DNA of 63,469 bases, filler included, from Stramenopiles sp. TOSAG23-2 (taxonomy: Eukaryota), in the NCBI GenBank assembly GCA_900128395.1. It is 11 parts of 11 records of this genome, joined end to end, with 100 filler letters (N's around TTAATTAATTAA, not from the genome) between each part and the next. Parts side by side here need not be neighbours in the genome. Positions count along the whole stretch, not along the records: positions 52,045 to 57,709 come from LT650621.1; positions 57,810 to 63,469 come from LT650622.1; 9 more parts are not named here. One strand, given 5' to 3'. The position numbers and the translations under genes were made by a program. Below, one piece after another: positions 56,219 to 63,469 of the stretch. The notes below the pieces were generated by a model. The model saw nothing but the letters and a program-made list of their open reading frames with translations, made no database searches and was not told where the DNA came from. Numbering within the stretch: position 1 is the first letter of the stretch; each line of letters begins with the position of its first letter.

Positions 56219-57427
56219 TTATGATACTATCTTTGACAATGTACCTTCTTTCACATCACTACATAAAATATCACCCCCTTCACTTAACATTGAATAGAAA
56301 AATGTCTCTTCCATATCAAAATTAGTGCACCCATATATAAATTCATCTTTGCGTTCATCCCCAAGTTCTTCTGCGATTGCAACAGTAAACCATTTGTAAA
56401 TGCGTGGCAAGATCACATCGCCTTTCCAATCATCTCCCATGTAAATTACTTGAATGTTACTATTGTTATCGGAATTAGATACACCAAAATATTCATTTAA
56501 ATCGATTAAGTTTCCATCTATGACTTCTTTTCCACCATAGTTCTTTAATGACATATTTAATGGTTCTTCTGATTTTAACTTTGTATTAGCAGGTGGATTA
56601 TATGCTAGAAATGGCTTCTCATCGCTTGATTTAGCAGTGAAAAATCCTCTTTTTTTTTGCCCATTGTATATCACTAAAGCAAAATGATCAAGGAAATCAT
56701 CACCAAATGCATATTTAAGTAAAAACGTCGCATAATCATAATTTGAATTTGTCAATAAGAATAATTTTATATTTGGATTCTTTTGCAATTCTTTTAAATA
56801 TTCATCTGTTTTATCTGCACGACGATCTACAATATATTTCTCTGGGGTTTTCACGATTGGTGGGAAATAATAACCCTTGGAAATAGCAAAGTGTGGCACT
56901 GCAAAATTAAAATCAAATGCTGCAAATAAATCTGTTAAAGTTGCTTTATAGTTTCCATTATTGCACATATTATTATCAACTAATAACATAATTAAATATG
57001 CGGTTGAATTTACAAAAAAATCAAACAAAGTGAAGTAATCCCCAGATGTATGAGAACGTATTAGATCAAACGAAAAATGCGTGGTATTATTATTATTATA
57101 TTTTGCCTGTATTTCCTCTTTAGTTAATTGTTTTGTACCACAATATGCATCTTTTACAAATCCTAATTTAGACAATTCAACAATATCCCCCGTTCTTAAA
57201 TCCCATATCAACCCCCGTCGATTATTTCCATATTTTTTTTCATAAGGAACATCTAAATTTGCACGATCATAGCCCTTTTCTTCCCATAAAAATCTTGCAC
57301 AAGCATGAAATATCAACTCCCCTAAAGCATCATTTTTATATTTTATTAATGTATGGTCCACATCAAAACCAATATAATATGTTGTTGAATTGTTATTATT
57401 ATTTCTACTGCTACTAATTGATGTCAT
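56219..57427 (-). CDS. HAD-superfamily 5'-nucleotidase (NT5DC1-like)
   Basis: IGFDVDHTLIKY, LLTNSNYDY, YMGDDWKGD. Confidence 0.88.
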   Translation of the reverse strand: MTSISSSRNNNNNSTTYYIGFDVDHTLIKYKNDALGELIFHACARFLWEEKGYDRANLDVPYEKKYGNNRRGLIWDLRTGDIVELSKLGFVKDAYCGTKQLTKEEIQAKYNNNNTTHFSFDLIRSHTSGDYFTLFDFFVNSTAYLIMLLVDNNMCNNGNYKATLTDLFAAFDFNFAVPHFAISKGYYFPPIVKTPEKYIVDRRADKTDEYLKELQKNPNIKLFLLTNSNYDYATFLLKYAFGDDFLDHFALVIYNGQKKRGFFTAKSSDEKPFLAYNPPANTKLKSEEPLNMSLKNYGGKEVIDGNLIDLNEYFGVSNSDNNSNIQVIYMGDDWKGDVILPRIYKWFTVAIAEELGDERKDEFIYGCTNFDMEETFFYSMLSEGGDILCSDVKEGTLSKIVS

Positions 57428-57673
57428 TATATATTAATATTTTTCTACTTTATTTTTTATATATTCAATGAGCTAGTATATGCTATTAATGACATGTAAA
57501 ATTGTTGTATATATATATATATAATGATGATTCGAAAAACATAAGTAAATACATATACTATTGCTACTATCCTATATTGCATTCATATATATATATGTAC
57601 AAAACTATAATAAAAATATAAATATATATACAGGCACAGACGGATTGGAATAATTTCCAGCTGCCGCACAGAC

Positions 57674-57689
57674 GGCAAGGACCCCTGCC
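57674..57689. repeat. Solo copy of the 28063-28272 TIR core
   Basis: GGCAAGGACCCCTGCC is identical to 28252-28267. Confidence 0.75.
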
Positions 57690-57709
57690 TTCGAGATAAA
57701 AATTAAGTG

Positions 57710-57809
57710 NNNNNNNNNNNNNNNNNNNNNNNNNNNNNNNNNNNNNNNNNNNNTTAATTAATTAANNNNNNNNNNNNNNNNNNNNNNNNNNNNNNNNNNN
57801 NNNNNNNNN
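57710..57809. other. Artificial contig spacer
   Basis: N44-TTAATTAATTAA-N44. Confidence 0.99.
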
Positions 57810-57979
57810 TTTTTGCCCATGGAGGTGAGTTTACCATCTGAATTATCTGTTGAATATTTTCTCATTGCAACAAAACCATCAGTAGCCTTTTCAAAAAGCT
57901 TCCTATCAAAAGCAAGTTGAACTCTTGCCATGACAACATTATCTAAATTTTCCCCATGTCGTATTAATAATAATCTCAT
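57810..57979 (-). CDS. Histidine phosphatase family protein, N-terminal fragment
   Basis: MRLLLIRHGE...DGKLTSMG; truncated by the spacer. Confidence 0.75.
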
Positions 57980-58808
57980 ATTTTATTTGTACATATATAG
58001 TATTATATACTTTATAAAAAAAACAAAAAGATGAAATAAATGGTATGGAACAAAATGATGAAACAAACTACTACTAAATATACGATACAATGATGATTTC
58101 CAATCGGGCTTATAAAAAGATTAAATTGAAACAACAAAACAACAACTATACTAGTATTTGTTTTACTAACAATATTTTTATTTTATTGAAAGTATGCCAG
58201 TATTAGAAGTGTGCAAGTAGTAGTATGCATGTTGCATCATCATTCAAAAATTTTTGGAATAATTATTATTTGGAATAATTTTTGGTTATAAGTATTATCT
58301 TCTCCCTGGTATCATTACCATATTACCTTAAACTGGAACTTCAAACACCACATCAGAGGCTGGAAAAAGAAGTGGAATCGTATATTATTTTCGTACATGG
58401 TCTGTCTTTTTATGTAGTATAACCACGTAGGTGAGTACAAAAAATTCCTATATGAAAGCATTCAGATATGCCTCTTTTTCAATAATACTTAGACTAATAA
58501 TACTTATACTGTGTAGTGTTAAAACCAATTCAATTATAATTAAATCTAATTTAAATTGTTGTGAGGAAGAAGGCGGCTGGAAGAGAGGACGACGTAAAAT
58601 CGATGATGTGATAATAATAAATTTAAATTGACCACAAAACCACCATTCAATTCCTTTTCTTATTCGAATATATAAAAGACATCCATTATTGATACCATGT
58701 GTGTCTATATGAAAAAACACACATGTAGTATATGTACAACAGATACACAATAAGAACAACATACATACATACATACATACACACACGTACACATAACAAA
58801 AACAAAAT

Positions 58809-60575
58809 ATGTCGGAAGTAGCAGCTTTGTTTAAAAAGAAGAAAAAGAAAGGAAAGAAAAAAAAAGCAAAATCATTTAATGAAAAATTAAAAGCAGCTGG
58901 TGGTCAATTACCAAGCCAAGCAACTCAAAGGAGTAAAGAGGAAATGGAAGCAGCGAAAAATGCCAAAGTCGATACAGATTTATTAGCAGCATTAACAAAA
59001 GCAAAAAATATTAACTTGAATACAGATATTAAAAAAGAGGCTGTACCGGATCAAGCAAAATTGGAAGAAATGAATTTACGTGAATATCGCAGACATCAAG
59101 AGAAAATTAAAACAAGAGAAAGTTTTCATAAAACTAGAAAAAAAGTTTTAAAAAAAGAAAACAATCCAGAGGAAGTGAAAGCACCTGTACAACCTGCTGT
59201 TCCTGTGAAAAAATCATGGCGTGAACGTGCACAAGAAAAAGCAAATGCTAGCTCTGGTGCAAATATTGGAAAGCAATTGCAAAGTGAAATGGCATTTCCA
59301 ACCTTAGGTGGTGCGAAAGTGAAAAAAGTATCTGGTGGTGCATGGGGAACTACGGCGGAGGATGTTGAAAGTGATGAAGAAATCGATCCAGAGGAAGAAC
59401 GAAGGAAAGCGGAGGAGGCGGAGAAACAACGATTGTTAGAAGAAGAATTAAAAAAAGTTTGGAAAGCTGATCCAATCGATGAAGATATGGCTACATCTGA
59501 TAAATTTGGACGTAAAGTAAATTCAGCATTGAATGAATTTCTACAAATTGAAGATTATGCAGAGGTCATTTTATGTTTCCAAGAATTACGAAACCATACT
59601 TTACATGAAAAGGTTGCAGTTAAAATTATTGAAAAAGGTATGGATAATCAACCGGAAAAAAATCAAACGTTATTAGCTGATGTACTTGTTCATATGAAAA
59701 AAAAGGAACCTTACATGTTAACAAAAGATCAAATTGAAGGTGCATTTAAAACCATGGAAGGATTATTAGATGATTTAGTTGTCGATTTTCCAAAAGCAAA
59801 GGATGTATTTGCATTGATGAAAAAACGTTGTCAAGTAAAAGGTGCATTGGAAGGTGCTAAAGCAAAATTTATTCCATCTGGTACATTCGCAGGTGCAAAA
59901 ACTGGATATGACTTTAAAATGGGTGCTAATGGTATGGGGTATTATTTACAAGGTAGTAAATTTCATGGTGGAAATAGTGATAGTAATGATAATAATAATA
60001 AGAAGAATCCACCTGCACCAGCATCTTCAAAACCAAATCCATTTGGTAGTGCAAGACCTGTTGCTACTGGTACTAAACCTAAAAAATCTTCCATTTTTGG
60101 TGATGCCAAGCCAATCGATATTGATGCAAAATTAGCATTGAAAAAAACTACTGTAAATGTTGATGATGCATCCCCATCAGTCGTAAAAGAAGTTAAAAAG
60201 AAAAGCAACCCATTCGGTGCTGCTAAACCTGTAGATATTAAAGTACGAGATACAAGTAGTAGTAATGGTGCAGAAACCACTACCACAACAACAACAACAA
60301 CACGACCTGCTGTTGTGAAAAAGAAAAGTAATCCATTTGGTGATGCAAAACCTGTTGATATTAAAGTAGTAGAAAAAACAGAAAGTCCAAAAGAAACTAC
60401 ACCAGCTGTTGTTAAAAAGAAAATAGATCCATTCGGTGGAGCAAAACCAGTAGATACTGCAGCAAAAACAACTGATAATAATAATAATGATGATGATGAA
60501 CCAAATCCTTTTGCAACCATGAAAAAAAAGAAGAAAAAGAAAAAGAAAAAAGCATATGTACCAGATTTGTCATGA
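58809..60575 (+). CDS. MA3-domain protein with eIF4B-like NPFGxAKPVD repeats
   Basis: LNEFLQIEDYAEVILCFQEL...LDDLVVDFPKA MA3 pattern; five [N/S/D][P/I]FGxA[K/R]P repeats. Confidence 0.75.
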   Translation: MSEVAALFKKKKKKGKKKKAKSFNEKLKAAGGQLPSQATQRSKEEMEAAKNAKVDTDLLAALTKAKNINLNTDIKKEAVPDQAKLEEMNLREYRRHQEKIKTRESFHKTRKKVLKKENNPEEVKAPVQPAVPVKKSWRERAQEKANASSGANIGKQLQSEMAFPTLGGAKVKKVSGGAWGTTAEDVESDEEIDPEEERRKAEEAEKQRLLEEELKKVWKADPIDEDMATSDKFGRKVNSALNEFLQIEDYAEVILCFQELRNHTLHEKVAVKIIEKGMDNQPEKNQTLLADVLVHMKKKEPYMLTKDQIEGAFKTMEGLLDDLVVDFPKAKDVFALMKKRCQVKGALEGAKAKFIPSGTFAGAKTGYDFKMGANGMGYYLQGSKFHGGNSDSNDNNNKKNPPAPASSKPNPFGSARPVATGTKPKKSSIFGDAKPIDIDAKLALKKTTVNVDDASPSVVKEVKKKSNPFGAAKPVDIKVRDTSSSNGAETTTTTTTTTRPAVVKKKSNPFGDAKPVDIKVVEKTESPKETTPAVVKKKIDPFGGAKPVDTAAKTTDNNNNDDDEPNPFATMKKKKKKKKKKAYVPDLS

Positions 60576-60974
60576 GAGGATTTAAATATTTTTTTAAAAA
60601 TTACGAAGTAAAATATTAAATTTTTATAAATAAAATGGTACGAGTATCTGTATCATATAATATTTTTTTACTTCGTATTATTATAAGTTCGTGGGTACGT
60701 ATAAGATTGTGATTTAGATTGTTGATATGATGATAGCAAATTAATACAAATCAGATTGTGATACTATAAATATGACTATTTAAATATCATTACAAAACAC
60801 ATATACTACTGCTCTTTTTACACATGCACACAAACACATGATCTTAATAGAAAGGATATATAATATAAATGATAATAAACACACAAGTGGTATTGAATGG
60901 TCGTAAACTCTTCCTGGTTCCAAAATGTAATTGTATATATATATATATATTTGTGTGTACCGTAACCACAATTT

Positions 60975-61784
60975 TTAACAACACCCTTTACCTTTTTGAT
61001 CGCCTCCATCACTCGAAACTTTTATGGCATCATTATCATCTTCATTTCCTTTTTGATTTTCCACATGGTGTTCATGTATTCGATTGATTAATTTACCAAA
61101 TGCATCTAATACGCCTTTTCCTGTTGTAGCTGATGTTTGCGCATGTAGAAATTTATTATCTTCCTTGAAACTTTGTATTGCTGGATATGTTCTTTTATTA
61201 CCACCATCTCCGTTACCACAAAATCCTTCATGTAAGTTATCTTTATATTTTTTTTCGAGATCCATTTTATTTTGTACTAATGATATAGAATCCGATAAAC
61301 CAGTTGCATCTGATGCAGCGTCTCTTACTTCAGGCCACCATACATCTTTTACGTTAACAAATGTCTTTCTATCACTTGTATCGAAAAACAACATAGCTGC
61401 GTTCGCTCTACGATAATGTGCTTTTGTTATAGCACGATATCTTTCTTGTCCAGCCGTGTCCCAAATTTGTATCTTCAGATTTGCCTTTTCACCTTGTTTC
61501 TTTGGTGATTTCTCAAACGGTGATATATATGGATATGAAAAATCAAACGATTCAAATTCAACACCAATTGTAGGTTGTTGTTTCGCTGGTGATGTGTTTT
61601 TTGGATTAATAAAATCTTGTATTTTTTCCAGTGTATCATATTCTTTTTTTTTTTCCTTACTTTTTTCCTGCCATATTTCATATTTTTTATATTGTTCGCT
61701 AAATTTTGCTAAACATGTTGTTTTTCCAACTCCAGCATCACCTATTAATATAATTTTATATACTGCACTTGGCGTTGATGACAT
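60975..61784 (-). CDS. Rab-family small GTPase with insertions
   Basis: GDAGVGKT, PTIGVEF, WDTAGQERYRAIT, NKMD, TSA; C-terminal CC prenylation motif. Confidence 0.92.
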   Translation of the reverse strand: MSSTPSAVYKIILIGDAGVGKTTCLAKFSEQYKKYEIWQEKSKEKKKEYDTLEKIQDFINPKNTSPAKQQPTIGVEFESFDFSYPYISPFEKSPKKQGEKANLKIQIWDTAGQERYRAITKAHYRRANAAMLFFDTSDRKTFVNVKDVWWPEVRDAASDATGLSDSISLVQNKMDLEKKYKDNLHEGFCGNGDGGNKRTYPAIQSFKEDNKFLHAQTSATTGKGVLDAFGKLINRIHEHHVENQKGNEDDNDAIKVSSDGGDQKGKGCC

Positions 61785-62677
61785 TTTTTTTGTGTGTATA
61801 TATAATCGTTTCTTCTTATTTAGAAAGATATATATTGGTATCTATCGTGACAATTATTAGTTTGTTTGTATCTCGTAACAATGATATATATGTAAATGTT
61901 TCACTCAAATATGTTGTTCACACATACATTAATTACACACATGATGGATATATATATGTATAACAATACCTGTATATAATTTTATATGTACACATTTTAT
62001 TTCACTGATGAGGTGTGGGCTCTCCAGCTCTCCGAAAAAATCAGAGAAAATCTAATCTGGGTGGTTTAAGGTATTATTAATTTAATATTTTGAACCCTTT
62101 TTGATAGGATGAAAATCTAAAATATTGTATGCTAAACATTATACTTTTCTGTTTTTATATTGGAAGATGGAAGTGTGTTGAGTGCCAGAGTGCTTTTTCT
62201 ATCGTCATCATCGAAACTATAAATCAAACTTATACCGCAAAAAATTTGTATGGGTAGATTTGCACATTTGTAGATTTTTCGATCATCACAATATTGATAT
62301 ATAATAGTGGGCGCACAGCACGCACTATTAATATACAACTTTAGCCGCCTTTTTCAAGCACGCTGCATCATCACACACGCTTTTACTCAACCACTAAAAA
62401 AAAGCATATACACACGATTGAATTACACAAAAATGTTGCTGAACCTGACACGATTTGCAAGTAAATAGCATTGGATAATAATGCTAGAAAACGCGCGCAA
62501 AAAGATACACCACACCACCCTTCTTTTATAAAGAAATACAAACAGTAGAAGAGAATGGTAAATAAGCAAAATTAACAGAGGAACAATTTGCTAATATATA
62601 TATTCTTATAAGCATTATAGGAAGAAGATTACAATAATAATAAAATAATAATAGCAAATTGAAAACATATAATCATT

Positions 62678-63154
62678 ATGGAACGGCGTAGTAATATCAA
62701 TACTTCACAAAGTAGTAGACGTTCATCAGTGAAAAGAAGAAATACAAGTCAAGAGGAGTATCGTCAATCAACATCAAGTCTTTATAAACAACGTCACAAT
62801 CAAAATAGTAGTAATCCACATTCGTCAGAGTATCATATCAAAAACTACAAAGATTCTTTATTTTGTTGCTTCTCAACGGAAGATAGCGATTACTATAACG
62901 AGCCATATTATGGGAGTAAAAGTAGAAAGATGAGTTTCGACCCACAGCAACTAACTAATAATTTTGAACCTAAAGAATATAAACGTGGAAGTCCACGTCG
63001 GCGTAGGGATCCAACGTTTGATTTACTATGCAAAGCAAGAGAAATCATTTCTATCAAATATGGAGATAGATGTAAAAATCCCATGTCTTTATTGAATCCA
63101 AGTCCAGAATTGAATATGTTGTGTAATTTTTTTGGTGTTAAAGTCCGTTCGTAA
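62678..63154 (+). CDS. Hypothetical Ser/Arg-rich protein
   Basis: 158-aa ATG ORF divergent from the Rab gene; no recognisable domain. Confidence 0.5.
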   Translation: MERRSNINTSQSSRRSSVKRRNTSQEEYRQSTSSLYKQRHNQNSSNPHSSEYHIKNYKDSLFCCFSTEDSDYYNEPYYGSKSRKMSFDPQQLTNNFEPKEYKRGSPRRRRDPTFDLLCKAREIISIKYGDRCKNPMSLLNPSPELNMLCNFFGVKVRS

Positions 63155-63414
63155 GATGTCAAGTATTCAAAAAAGATGTATAATACGTATATTGTTATTA
63201 CTTCGTCACTAATACCGTGGTATATCATAGGTCAATAAATATATTTTTAAATATATACCCGATATGTAATTATTAATATATATTATACTTGTATCAGGAG
63301 GATAAAATTTAAAAATACCATAATAGTGATCGTATGTACAGCAGGATATCCATATATTTTTATAAAATAATATATAATTCTCTCTCTCTTCTCTCTCTCT
63401 GCTCACTTTCTCGA

Positions 63415-63468
63415 CTACAAACAAAATCCTTCTGGTTCCGATTCAGAACCATTGTCTTCATCCTGCTG
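63415..63468 (-). CDS. C-terminal fragment of a gene entering from the window edge
   Basis: QQDEDNGSESEPEGFCL* followed by GA-rich sequence like other 3' flanks here. Confidence 0.4.
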   Translation of the reverse strand, partial: QQDEDNGSESEPEGFCL

Positions 63469-63469
63469 C

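Noticed and set aside
5696-57809. Regularly spaced TTAATTAATTAA as a biological repeat
   Set aside because: Always embedded in identical N runs; a six-frame stop linker.
1-63469. Gene cluster or operon spanning the window (e.g. lipid or peroxisomal enzymes)
   Set aside because: Contigs are concatenated by size with artificial spacers, so adjacency across spacers has no biological meaning.
1-63469. tRNA, rRNA, transposase, reverse transcriptase or viral hallmark genes
   Set aside because: None recognised by eye; tRNAscan-SE, Infernal and HMM searches would be needed to exclude them.

Overview
This window is not a contiguous locus. It holds 11 unrelated contigs of about 5.7 kb, ordered by decreasing length (5695, 5691, 5690, 5683, 5682, 5681, 5676, 5674, 5672, 5665, 5660 bp) and joined by ten identical 100-bp spacers (N44-TTAATTAATTAA-N44). 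The DNA is AT-rich, intron-poor and eukaryotic, uses the standard code and has poly-Asn tracts. It probably comes from a flagellated protist (CCDC13 present); a marine stramenopile SAG/MAG is my inference. Recognisable genes: VOC/glyoxalase, glutaryl-CoA dehydrogenase, two histidine phosphatases, LOA1-like acyltransferase, Nudix hydrolase, NHL protein, CCDC13, ACAD10/11-like APH phosphotransferase, TPR protein, PqiA-like membrane protein, Dispatched-like RND protein, NT5DC-like nucleotidase, MA3 protein and a Rab GTPase. The top finding is hidden by the ORF track: two minus-strand ORFs on contig 3 are one reading frame split by a single TAA. Together they encode coiled coil + caspase-like (peptidase C14, His/Cys dyad motifs) + ankyrin repeats. 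Also notable: a secreted silaffin-like KxxK protein; FLE/FLQ and RRRL processing-like motifs in secreted proteins; a SWIB-HMG-Tudor-SANT-AP2-CW-SET chromatin protein; several MITE-like inverted repeats; two candidate cis-motifs. All domain calls are by eye and need HMM confirmation.
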